DNA of 64,000 nt from Candidatus Latescibacterota bacterium. GTDB taxonomy: Bacteria > Latescibacterota > UBA2968 > GCA-2709665. The stretch lies in assembly GCA_965222075.1 (NCBI GenBank), contig OZ244937.1, positions 1,024,001-1,088,000 on the forward strand, given 5' to 3'. The position numbers and the translations under genes are program-made. Each line of letters starts with the position of its first letter. Within the stretch, counting starts at the first letter, position 1. Below the pieces are notes generated by a model. That model made no database searches. It had not been told where the DNA came from and worked only from the letters and a program-made list of their open reading frames with translations. Below are positions 1 through 9,249 of this stretch, in pieces.

Positions 1-3000
1 ATCCATCCGTGCATCAAAATTTGCATCCGATGAACTGGATCCAAAAGCCGCGCCAAATAACGCAAAATCAGTTTGATTGACCTCACCATCACCATTAAAA
101 TCGCATGACACAGGTGCCGTCGGTGTCGCCGAGGCACTCGCTGAGGCCGTGCCATTCCCCCCAGCGTTCACCGCCCGCACCTGGAAGGTGTATCTGGTTC
201 CATTGTTCAGACTCCTCACCGTATAACTCGTCGTGCCAGAGCCACTGCCTGAAATATCCGTCCAATCCGGCGACCAACTGCTGCCACTGTTGGTGCTCTG
301 ACGATACTGATACTTTGTGATGCTCGCATTGTTCGGGTTACTCCAACTCAACACAACCTGACCATTCCCTGCAGTCGCCGTGAAGTTCGTGGGCGCGGGC
401 GGCGGTGTGACCGGTGCCGTCGGTGTCGCTGAGGCACTTGATGAGGCCGTGCCATTCCCCCCAGCGTTCACCGCCCGCACCTGGAAGGTGTATCTGGTCC
501 CATTGTTCAAGCTCCCCACCGTATAACTCGTCGTGCCAGAGCCACTGCCTGAAATATCCGTCCAATTCGGCGACCAACTGCTGCTGCTACTGGTGCTCCG
601 ACGATACTGATACTTTGTGATGCTCGCATTGTTCGGATTGCTCCAACGCAACACAACCTGACCATTCCCTGCAGTCGCCGTGAAGTTCGTGGGCGCGGGC
701 GGCGGTGTGACCGTGACCGGTGCCGTCGGTGTCGCTGAGGCACTTGATGAGGCCGTGCCATTCCCCCCAGCGTTCACCGCCCGCACCTGGAAGGTGTATC
801 TGGTCCCATTGTTCAGACTCCTCACCGTATAGCTCGTCGTGCCAGAGCCACTGCCTGAAATATCCGTCCAATCCGGCGACCAACTGCTGCCACTGTTGGT
901 GCTCCGACGATACTGATACTTCGTGATGGTCGCATTGTTCGGGTTGCTCCAACGCAGCACAACCTGACGATTCCCCGCAGACGCCCTGAAGTTCCCAGGT
1001 GCCGACGGCCGCGTAACAGGCGCCGTCGGTGTCGCTGAGGCACTTGATGAGGCCGTGCCATTCCCCCCGGCATTCACCGCATGCACCTGGAACGTGTATG
1101 CGGTCCCATTGTTCAGACTCCTCACCGTATAACTCGTCGTGCTGGCACCACTGCCTGAAATATCCGTCCAATTTGGTGACCAACTGCTGCCACTGTTGGT
1201 GCTCCGACGATACTGATACTTCGTGATGGTCGCATTGTTCGGGTTGCTCCAACTCAACACAACCTGACGATTCCCCGCAGACGCCCTGAAGTTCGTGGGC
1301 GCGGCAGGCCGCGTGACAGGTGGGGGCGTGACCGTGACCGGCGCCGTCGGTGTCGCTGAAGCACTCGCTGAGGCCGTGCCATTACCCCCGGAATTCACCG
1401 CATGCACCTGGAACGTGTATGCGGTCCCATTGTTCAGACTCCTCACCGTATAACTCGTCGTGCCAGAGCCGCTGCCTGAAATATCCGTCCAATCTGGCGA
1501 CCAACTGCTGCCACTGTTGGTGCTCCGACGATACTGATACTTCGTGATGGTCGCATTGTTCGGGTTGCTCCAACTCAACACAACCTGATGATTCCCCGCA
1601 GACGCCCTGAAGTTCGTGGGCGCGGCAGGCCGCGTGACAGGTGGGGGCGTGACCGTGACCGGCGCCGTCGGTGTCGCTGAAGCACTCGCTGAGGCCGTGC
1701 CATTACCCCCGGAATTCACCGCATGCACCTGGAACGTGTATGCGGTCCCATTGTTCAGACTCCTCACCGTATAACTCGTCGTGCCAGAGCCGCTGCCTGA
1801 AATATCCGTCCAATCTGGCGACCAACTGCTGCCACTGTTGGTGCTCCGACGATACTGATACTTCGTGATGGTCGCATTGTTCGGGTTGCTCCAACGCAGC
1901 ACAACCTGACGATTCCCCGCAGTCGCCGTGAAGTTCGTAGGCGCAGACGGCGGTGTGGCCGTAACCGATGCCGTGACCGTGACCGAAATCGGCTGCGTGG
2001 CCGTCAAGGCCCCGTCGCTGGCCGTCACCGTAATGGTCGCGCTGCCTGCGGCCACCGGCGTCATCGTTACCGTGCTTCCCGATACGCTCACCGTCGCGAC
2101 GGATGCCGCCGACGTCGTGGCCGAATAGGTCAGACTATTCCCATCGGAGTCGCTGAACTTGCTCGACACGTCAACCGATGCGGCGGCTCCACCCACCGTC
2201 AGCGATTGCGCGCTAATGGACCCCACCGCCTTCGGCGGGTCATTCACCGCAGTCACCGTCACCCTCACCGTTGCCGTTGCCGTGCCACCATACCCATCCG
2301 ACACGAGATAGACGAAGCTGTCCGTCCCATTGAAATTGGTATTGGGCGTGTACGTGATGCTCCTCCCGGTCGAAGTTACGGTACCGTTCGACGGAATGGA
2401 CGTAGCGATCACGGTCAGCGGGTCACGTTCCGGATCGCTGTCGTTGTCCAGCACGCTGATGGTCGCGGCCACGTCTTCATCGGTCGTCGCGTCGTCATTC
2501 CCCGCCGTCGGCTCCTGGTTGACACCGGAAGGCGTCACTGCCGATGCAACGGACAGCGCGATGGCATCAACGCCGATCCATGCATTTGTGCTATCTGAAT
2601 TTCCATCCATACCAACAATTCTTGCCTCGCTGCCATCATATGCAGAAACATCCCACGTATATTTGGTGAAATCGTCCGTTCCCGGCGCAAAAGTCCGTCG
2701 CTTTGTTGTCCAACTGCCATTTTCTAATACCTGCAATGCGACTGTATTCTGGTTGCGGGATACGGAGCTGTCGTATCCGCACACCTTGAGATTGATATAC
2801 GGCCTATAGATGACAAAGGAATTGGAGGTCAACGTTCCCGTGCCGGTCTGTGGATCATAACTGCCCGCGCTATGTGTGCCTACCTCCCCCACTTCCGATG
2901 AGTCGTTATAACTCCGATACGTATTGTCCTGCGCCCAGGGCCCGGTGGCCGTCCAGGAAGCCAGGGTTGTATCCGCGCCACTCACACTCACCTCTTCCAT

Positions 3001-4836
3001 ATTGCCATTTGCCAGGGCATTTGCCAGGGTGCCGTGAACGGTAAAGTCCATCACGGCCTCACCGGGCTCACAAGGAAACCATCCTAAAGACTGGCCGCCC
3101 ACAGTGAAGACTCGATATACAAACGTCCTCACGTCACAGCCAGTTGTTGTTATGGTCCCCGGAACGGGGCCGGTCCAGGGTAGGCCATAGTTTGGATTTG
3201 CCGCACCGAATCCCTGCGTAGTTGGATTGCCCCACACCTCAGGGGGAGAAGAGAAGGTTACACCAAAGGATACCGACTCTCGAATCTCATGTTGTCTTAC
3301 CGCATAACTACGACTAGAAATTGAATCTGGAAAATCAACCAGCGTCATTGTTCGCTTCGTCAGGCCGACATCCATACCGGTCGTAGACTGGTGCAGAAGC
3401 ACATAGGGCGGTGTGAGCATATCCAGGGCTTTTTTGGCATCGAGCAAGCCATGTCCCGAGGTTTCATCAAAGCCTGTGTCCTGAATATCCCTGGCGCTCC
3501 GTTTGATGATTTCATAGACATCTTCATTGGTCAGGTCTTCATTGAACAGCTCCTTATAATAGGCTAACATCAGACCGGCGGTACCGCTCACGTGCGGCGT
3601 CGCAAATGAAGTGCCGCTTCTACGAACATAGGAGTCGATGTTGCCAGTCACCGGAATATTCTCTCCTGGAGCCGCAACATCAATATGAGGACCCGAACTC
3701 GAACCTTGGGTGGGGCGCTCCGAATCCTGCCACCTGACGTCATAATTGCCATGGGCAGTAGCGCCAACGGCTAACACGTGTTGTTGATACGCTGCAGGGT
3801 ATAGAGGTCGAGGGTCAAAGTAAAAATTTCCCATGCCAGCCACAGTGGCGATGCCGAGCTTATATGCATCGCCGATCGTCTTTCTAACAACAGAGCTACT
3901 TGTAGTATCAGCCCAACTACAGTTGATAATGTCCGCACCACCTTCTACGGCCTCCCGAATTTTCCTGGCAACTTCATCGTCACTAACTGGATTGTCAATC
4001 GTAGAAGCAATGTTTTTGGATATAATGGTTGCATGCCAGTCAACGCCGGCAATGCCGATGCCATTATTCGTATTTGCGGCAGCGATCGAGGCCACCTCAG
4101 TCCCATGCCCATTCCATCTTGGGGGGGTGTTATCTCCAGTGAGTTTGCCGGCAAATTCGAGATGTGACTGGTGAACACCCCCATCGATAATGGCGATCAC
4201 TGTTGAGGGGTCACCTTTCGAAAGATCCCAGGCTTCCGGCGCTCTGATGCGATCCAGGTTCCACTGAGGGCCAGGGAGCGTCGTCCCGCGAAAATAGGGA
4301 TCGTTGGGCACGGCCTGGGGATAAACAAATCCATTTGGTTCCGCAAATAAAACCCCGGGCAGGCTTTTCAGTTCCTCACAAATCGCTGCGATGTCGGCGT
4401 CGGACGGGAACCTGAGCTTGTAAATTCTGCTGTAATCGTGGAGAACGACAGATCGCCCGGTTCGATGTGAAACTCTTACACGATCAAAAGCAGGGTTAAA
4501 GGTTGGGAATACCTTCATCAGACGTTCGGGGGAATGTCGGGTAAGCAAATTCTTGTAAGCCGGCTCGACCTTCTCGCTATTCTGAAATTCAAGCCATTCG
4601 GCTACCACCTTGCCTTCCGGAAAGTCCATGAATCCAGGGGCTACCTGAATCAGTACTTCCCGGGCTACCTGCTCGGGTGTCGATATAAGAAAGGAAGGCG
4701 TTTCACTTGGAGGAACATAGGGACGTTGGGCATTTTCAGAGGCAAATATCCCCGCACACCATGCCAGAATAGAACAAAGCAGGGTAACGCAGAATGGCAA
4801 TGGAAGGGTATTTGGGGTATTCCTGGCGTTTATCAT
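1..4836 (-). CDS. Secreted S8 (subtilisin-like) serine protease with propeptide, Ig/cadherin-like domains, 6 FN3 repeats and C-terminal dockerin/EF-hand-like module; runs off the left edge
   Basis: Manual translation from ATG 4836 (MINARNTPN...) shows no stop to position 1. Catalytic triad motifs are VIAIIDGG, WNGHGTEVAS and SGTSFATPHV, with oxyanion GMGN. Also NDDATTDEDV..YTPNTNFNGTDSF (Big_9-like) and terminal DFNGDGEVNQTDFALFGAAFG. Not in the ORF track. Confidence 0.93.
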   Translation of the reverse strand, partial: MINARNTPNTLPLPFCVTLLCSILAWCAGIFASENAQRPYVPPSETPSFLISTPEQVAREVLIQVAPGFMDFPEGKVVAEWLEFQNSEKVEPAYKNLLTRHSPERLMKVFPTFNPAFDRVRVSHRTGRSVVLHDYSRIYKLRFPSDADIAAICEELKSLPGVLFAEPNGFVYPQAVPNDPYFRGTTLPGPQWNLDRIRAPEAWDLSKGDPSTVIAIIDGGVHQSHLEFAGKLTGDNTPPRWNGHGTEVASIAAANTNNGIGIAGVDWHATIISKNIASTIDNPVSDDEVARKIREAVEGGADIINCSWADTTSSSVVRKTIGDAYKLGIATVAGMGNFYFDPRPLYPAAYQQHVLAVGATAHGNYDVRWQDSERPTQGSSSGPHIDVAAPGENIPVTGNIDSYVRRSGTSFATPHVSGTAGLMLAYYKELFNEDLTNEDVYEIIKRSARDIQDTGFDETSGHGLLDAKKALDMLTPPYVLLHQSTTGMDVGLTKRTMTLVDFPDSISSRSYAVRQHEIRESVSFGVTFSSPPEVWGNPTTQGFGAANPNYGLPWTGPVPGTITTTGCDVRTFVYRVFTVGGQSLGWFPCEPGEAVMDFTVHGTLANALANGNMEEVSVSGADTTLASWTATGPWAQDNTYRSYNDSSEVGEVGTHSAGSYDPQTGTGTLTSNSFVIYRPYINLKVCGYDSSVSRNQNTVALQVLENGSWTTKRRTFAPGTDDFTKYTWDVSAYDGSEARIVGMDGNSDSTNAWIGVDAIALSVASAVTPSGVNQEPTAGNDDATTDEDVAATISVLDNDSDPERDPLTVIATSIPSNGTVTSTGRSITYTPNTNFNGTDSFVYLVSDGYGGTATATVRVTVTAVNDPPKAVGSISAQSLTVGGAAASVDVSSKFSDSDGNSLTYSATTSAASVATVSVSGSTVTMTPVAAGSATITVTASDGALTATQPISVTVTASVTATPPSAPTNFTATAGNRQVVLRWSNPNNATITKYQYRRSTNSGSSWSPDWTDISGSGSGTTSYTVRSLNNGTAYTFQVHAVNSGGNGTASASASATPTAPVTVTPPPVTRPAAPTNFRASAGNHQVVLSWSNPNNATITKYQYRRSTNSGSSWSPDWTDISGSGSGTTSYTVRSLNNGTAYTFQVHAVNSGGNGTASASASATPTAPVTVTPPPVTRPAAPTNFRASAGNRQVVLSWSNPNNATITKYQYRRSTNSGSSWSPNWTDISGSGASTTSYTVRSLNNGTAYTFQVHAVNAGGNGTASSSASATPTAPVTRPSAPGNFRASAGNRQVVLRWSNPNNATITKYQYRRSTNSGSSWSPDWTDISGSGSGTTSYTVRSLNNGTRYTFQVRAVNAGGNGTASSSASATPTAPVTVTPPPAPTNFTATAGNGQVVLRWSNPNNASITKYQYRRSTSSSSSWSPNWTDISGSGSGTTSYTVGSLNNGTRYTFQVRAVNAGGNGTASSSASATPTAPVTPPPAPTNFTATAGNGQVVLSWSNPNNASITKYQYRQSTNSGSSWSPDWTDISGSGSGTTSYTVRSLNNGTRYTFQVRAVNAGGNGTASASASATPTAPVSCDFNGDGEVNQTDFALFGAAFGSSSSDANFDARMD
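117..1950 (-). repeat. Six tandem ~300-321 bp coding repeats (fibronectin type III domains)
   Basis: Units start at ~117, 417, 723, 1023, 1344 and 1665. Each encodes approximately APTNF..AGN.QVVL.WSNPNNA.ITKYQYR..WTDISGSG..TTSYTV..LNNGT.YTFQV.AVN. Confidence 0.95.
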
Positions 4837-5310
4837 CGGACCACAACCTCCTTTCTCAAAACGGAACCGTCTGGCTGAGACACCAAAAAGATCCAGGTGC
4901 CAACCCTCAGAGGAGGATAAATCACCAGGGGGGGATACCCCCGCATCTCACTCAATGCGAGGGGACAGATACCGGTATATCGTCGTCCCCATACGCTCAC
5001 TTTGTACCCGACCAGATCAATTCTCGTCGTGTCAAAATGAGAAAAAACGGGACATCCATAGGGGCCAATCCCGCCCAAAAATCCTACGTTCATGCGTATC
5101 AGTGACCGCCAATGGAGATGTCGTTGGCTGCAGCCGGATGAATTCACCGTGCCCAGAGCCCCGAGAGAGAGACAAAACCGCCACGCTGTCGACTTTGATT
5201 TGAAAATCCCGAACATCAGGGTCCGACTTAAGAGGGTAATAATCGCACCCCAGGCAGGTGAGACCCATCAGGACCGTCAACGAGACAAAGACCGAGATTT
5301 TCTTCTGCAT
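4833..5310 (-). pseudogene. Small lipoprotein copy A (putative protease inhibitor), frameshifted by a 1-bp insertion at ~5095
   Basis: N-half in ORF 5032..5310 and C-half in ORF 4833..5216. It reads catgcgtatc where copies B/C read catggtatc. Lipobox LTCLGC; TGA overlaps the protease ATG (ATGA). Confidence 0.8.
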
Positions 5311-5655
5311 GACAGATACTCCTTCTGGGTTGTCCAGAGTTCAGGAAACACATTAAAAGTCCGCAAAAACCGTGCCAATTTTGTAAAAAATGGATAAATG
5401 ATTGCAGGAGAGGAAATTAGAGCAGATGGGGAACGATTTGAATTTTTCCGGTATTGTTGCATAATGCGCCTAATCAAGCGCACGGGGAATGCATACTCGC
5501 TCAGACGGAGTGGGATAGGTATCTATTTATAAATGACTTACGGAAGATATGAGGAAGGAGAGACAGAGGAGAGTTGCAATTTGCAATAGAAGACGCAATT
5601 TGCAACAGTAGGGAAGGGTGCCGCCGACCGTCTCGGAGGCCGTTGAAAGGGGTTA

Positions 5656-5748
5656 TCAAGATATACGTCGGGCCGATGGCGGCCCCGGGCGGGAGCCTGC
5701 TCGGGTGTCGATATAAGAAAGGAAGGCGTTTCGCCTGCTGGCGTTCAT
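5656..5748 (-). pseudogene. Deleted stub of the protease 5' end downstream of lipoprotein copy B
   Basis: ATGAACGCCAG followed by gaaacgccttcctttcttatatcgacacccgagcagg, nearly identical to ~4668-4704. The internal ~115 bp are missing and the frame stops after ~30 codons. Confidence 0.8.
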
Positions 5749-6230
5749 CCTCGGACCACAACCTCCTTTCTCAAAACGGAACCGTCTGGCTGAGACACCA
5801 AAAAGATCCAGGTGCCAACCCTCAGAGGAGGATAAATCACCAGGGGGGGATACCCCCGCATATCACTCAATGATTGGGGACAGATACCGGTATATCGTCG
5901 TCCCCATACACTCACTTTATACCCGACCAGATCAATTCTCGTCGTGTCAAAATGAGAAAAGACGTAACACAAAGTGGGTCCAAGCGGGGCATAAAATCCT
6001 ATGCGCATGGTATCAGAGACCGCCAATGGAGATGTCGTTGGCACCCGTCGGATGTATTCACCGTGCCCAGGTTCAAAGACCCTCAAGGGAGACAAAACCG
6101 CCACGCTGTCGACTTTGATTTGAAAATCCCGAACATCAGGGTCCGACTTAAGAGGGTAATAATCGCACCCCAGGCAGGTGAGACCCACCAGGACCGTCAA
6201 CGAGACAAAAACCGCGATTTTCTTCTGCAT
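5745..6230 (-). CDS. Small lipoprotein copy B (putative protease inhibitor/partner), 161 aa
   Basis: MQKKIAVFVSLTVLVGLTCLGC lipoprotein signal; paralog of copies A and C; purine-rich RBS upstream. Confidence 0.85.
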   Translation of the reverse strand: MQKKIAVFVSLTVLVGLTCLGCDYYPLKSDPDVRDFQIKVDSVAVLSPLRVFEPGHGEYIRRVPTTSPLAVSDTMRIGFYAPLGPTLCYVFSHFDTTRIDLVGYKVSVWGRRYTGICPQSLSDMRGYPPLVIYPPLRVGTWIFLVSQPDGSVLRKEVVVRG

Positions 6231-6337
6231 GACAGATGTTCCTTTCTCCTTCCTCTCCTGAGCATCAGACCCTCTGCGCCAGACACACCCTCCTGCTTCT
6301 TTCAACGCAACGACCAGGACCCACGATAATCCGGATC

Positions 6338-8494
6338 CTATTCAGCGGACTGTGGGAACAGCACAAGCGGCGCACCTGCGGCGATCCGGATGCCATCGTA
6401 GGAAACACTGCCATCATCGTACACTGGTATCTCAGGCGCAGCACCCAAACTGACCGTAGTCGGTCCGGCCCCGGTCTGGGTCACCACAACGGGTTCGCTC
6501 TCGGTGTGACCCGATGAAATCGTAGCCGTCGTGACCGACAGGGTTCCTGCCTGCGCCGACAGGGTGACGGTCATGTCGAACGGCGCACCCTCGGCAAGTG
6601 TGACCACGATGGTGGCGGGACCCGGTGCGGCATTATCCCTGTTGTCTGTGCGTTGCAGTTCCATCGTCAAGGTAAAAGGAGATCCAGGGTTATTGTCAAG
6701 CCATAGCACCTTCAGCTTGTCCAGGCCGAAGAACATACTGTCAGGCAGTGTACTCAAATTGTTGTGGCTAAGATCCAGCGCGCGCAAGCTGTCCAGGCCT
6801 GAGAACGCACCCTTATGCACTGTGCTCAAAGCGTTGTTGAAAAGCCATAGCGCTTCCAGCCTGTCCAGGCCGGAGAACACACCTTCAACCAGTGTGCTCA
6901 AATCGTTCTCGTCAAGCAACAGGACTCTCAGTCTGTTCAGACCTGAGAACGCACCCTTATGCACCGTGGTTAAAGCGTTGTGGGAAAGCCATAGCATTTC
7001 CAGCCTGTCCAGGCCGGTGAACACGCCTTCAACCAGTGTGCTCAAATCGTTGTCCTCAAGCCTCAGCGTGCGCAAGCTATCCAGGCCGGTGAACACACCG
7101 TCAACCAGTGTGCTCAAATCGTTGTCCTCAAGCCTCAGCGTGCGCAAACTGGACAGGTCGGAGAACACACCTTCCGGTAGCGTGCTTAAAGCGTTCTCGT
7201 CAAGATACAGGGTTCTCAGTCCGGACAAGCCGGAGAACACACCATCAGGCAGTGCGCTCAGATCGTTGTCCTCAAGCTTCAGCGTGCGCAAGCTATCCAG
7301 GCCGGAGAACACACCATCAGGCAGTGCGCTCAGACCATTGCTGCGTAGCCCCACCCTTTGCAGACTGGACAGGTCGGAGAAGACGCCTTCAGGTAGCGTG
7401 CTCAGACCGTTATAGGAAAGCGCCAAACCTTTCAAATTGGACAGGCCGGAGAACACACCCTCGGGCAGTGTGCGCAGACCGTTGTAGCGAAGCTCCAGGA
7501 CTTGAAGGCTGTCCAGGCTTGCGAATACACCCTCAAGCAGCGTCGTCAGCTTATTTTGAGAAAGCTCCAGTCCTTTTAGACCGGACAGGCCAGAAAGATC
7601 AGCCTCCTCCAGGGCAGTGATACACGCCTCACCAAGATACAAGCCTGTGATCGAGGAGAGTTGCTCCGTCGTGGCCAGGGCACAGTCATCAACAGCAGAC
7701 AGCACCCTCAAGATGGCATCGCGGACCTGCGGGGTCCGGTTGCAAATCCCCATCGTGATGACGTCCACCGCTTTGCCAAAGTTTCTGGCAAAGATTTCAA
7801 AATCTCCAAATCCAATAGCGCCATCGCCGTCCAGGTCGAACCTGGCGTCGAAATCTTCATCACCTGAAGACTTCCCAAACTCAGCCGCGAACGCGACGAA
7901 ATCCGAGAAACCGACCGTCCCATCGTCATCGAAATCCGACATGGCGGCTCCTCCAAACCCATTGTGACCGCCATGGTGAGAACATCCAAGGGAAATAATG
8001 CCATTGGGTTCTGCAAACACAACCCCCGGGAGGCCCTGCAGATCCTCAGAAATAGCTGTCCGGTCGGCTCCAGGCGGGAACCTCAACTTGTATATCCTGC
8101 TGTAATCGGAAAGAACAACCTGATGCCCCGTTCGGGAAACGATCACCCTGTCGGTCGTGGGGTCGAAGTTAGGAAATGCCTTGATCAGAATTTCCGGAGC
8201 ATATCTGTCAAGCACATCTTTTAAAGCCGGCGCGACATTCTCGAATTCATGCCACTCGGCTACCACCTTGCCTTCCGGAAATTCCATGAATCCAGGTGCT
8301 ACCTGAATCAGTACTTCCCGAATGACCTGCTCGGGTGTCGATATAAGAGAGGAAGGCGTTTCACTTGGAGGAACATAGGGACGTTGGGCATTTTCAGAGG
8401 CAAATATCCCCGCACACCATGCCAGAATAGAACAAAGCAGGGTAACGCAGAATGGCAATGGAAGGATATTTGGGGTATTCCTGGCGTTCATCAT
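6338..8494 (-). CDS. Chimeric secreted protein: S8-type signal/propeptide + dockerin/EF-hand-like module + ~13 typical-type LRRs + Ig-like C-terminus
   Basis: First ~165 aa are paralogous to the protease N-terminus up to FAEPNG. Then DFDDDGTVGFSDF..DLDGDGAIGFGDF and 24-aa LxxLxLxxNxLxxLPxGVFxGL repeats. Confidence 0.9.
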   Translation of the reverse strand: MMNARNTPNILPLPFCVTLLCSILAWCAGIFASENAQRPYVPPSETPSSLISTPEQVIREVLIQVAPGFMEFPEGKVVAEWHEFENVAPALKDVLDRYAPEILIKAFPNFDPTTDRVIVSRTGHQVVLSDYSRIYKLRFPPGADRTAISEDLQGLPGVVFAEPNGIISLGCSHHGGHNGFGGAAMSDFDDDGTVGFSDFVAFAAEFGKSSGDEDFDARFDLDGDGAIGFGDFEIFARNFGKAVDVITMGICNRTPQVRDAILRVLSAVDDCALATTEQLSSITGLYLGEACITALEEADLSGLSGLKGLELSQNKLTTLLEGVFASLDSLQVLELRYNGLRTLPEGVFSGLSNLKGLALSYNGLSTLPEGVFSDLSSLQRVGLRSNGLSALPDGVFSGLDSLRTLKLEDNDLSALPDGVFSGLSGLRTLYLDENALSTLPEGVFSDLSSLRTLRLEDNDLSTLVDGVFTGLDSLRTLRLEDNDLSTLVEGVFTGLDRLEMLWLSHNALTTVHKGAFSGLNRLRVLLLDENDLSTLVEGVFSGLDRLEALWLFNNALSTVHKGAFSGLDSLRALDLSHNNLSTLPDSMFFGLDKLKVLWLDNNPGSPFTLTMELQRTDNRDNAAPGPATIVVTLAEGAPFDMTVTLSAQAGTLSVTTATISSGHTESEPVVVTQTGAGPTTVSLGAAPEIPVYDDGSVSYDGIRIAAGAPLVLFPQSAE
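6688..7660 (-). repeat. 72-bp tandem LRR-coding repeats
   Basis: Recurrent tccaggccg..gaacacacc and gtgctcaaatcgttgtcctcaagc units. Confidence 0.9.
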
Positions 8495-8979
8495 CGGACC
8501 ACAACCTCCTTTCTCAAAACGGAACCGTCTGGCTGAGACACCAAAAAGATCCAGGTGCCAACCCTCAGAGGCGGATAAATCACTAAGGGGGGAGATCCCT
8601 CCATTCTAAGCACTCTGAGGGGACGGATACTACTCCTGAGATCATCTTTCCCCCATACGCTCACTTTGTACCCGACCAGATCAATTCTCGTCGTGTCAAA
8701 ATGAGAAAACCCGTAAGCTCCAGTGGGGCCAACCCAACCATAAAATCCTATGCGCATGGTATCAGAGACCGCCAATGGAGATGTCGTTGGCACCAGCCGG
8801 ATGTATTCACCGTACCCAGGTACAATGACCCTCAAGGGAGACAAAACTGCCACGCTGTCAACTTTGATTTGATTATACCGAAAATCAGGGGCCGACTTAA
8901 ACGGGTAATAATCGCACCCCAGGCAGGTGAAAGCCATCAGGACCGTCAACGAAACAAAAACCGCGACTTTTCCTTGCAT
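8491..8979 (-). CDS. Small lipoprotein copy C, 162 aa
   Basis: MQGKVAVFVSLTVLMAFTCLGC; same framework as A/B; ATGA overlap with the LRR chimera. Confidence 0.88.
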   Translation of the reverse strand: MQGKVAVFVSLTVLMAFTCLGCDYYPFKSAPDFRYNQIKVDSVAVLSPLRVIVPGYGEYIRLVPTTSPLAVSDTMRIGFYGWVGPTGAYGFSHFDTTRIDLVGYKVSVWGKDDLRSSIRPLRVLRMEGSPPLVIYPPLRVGTWIFLVSQPDGSVLRKEVVVR

Positions 8980-9249
8980 GACCGATGTTCCTTTTTACGA
9001 GTACATCAATGCTTTGGATCGCGTGAAACCTTTCCTCAACGCTATCTGAATTATGCACGGCTCTCATATAATATATCGTAACTTATTATATAAACCAAAG
9101 TACATGTTGTATCACAACTGTTGTCAAACGAAAAATCGGGAGTCTGGCCCGGGTCAGGGCCAGGTCGTCAGGAAGGGGGGATGGGGGTAGGGATACGGGT
9201 GGTTGGATACCGGCTGCAGGGGGTTAGCTGGCGCTCAGGCCGGGGATTC

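Noticed and set aside
95-1894. Many short repeated ORFs / possible CRISPR or ncRNA array
   Set aside because: They are alternate-frame shadows of the FN3 repeats in one long minus-strand ORF; there is no repeat-spacer structure or cas gene.
5163-5172. (GA)n tract as a phase-variation switch restoring copy A
   Set aside because: Only ~5 units, and slippage would scramble ~23 conserved codons before the real insertion at ~5095.
4833-8979. Diversity-generating retroelement TR/VR explanation for the lipoprotein copies
   Set aside because: No reverse transcriptase in the window; the differences include indels and all base types rather than adenine-specific changes.
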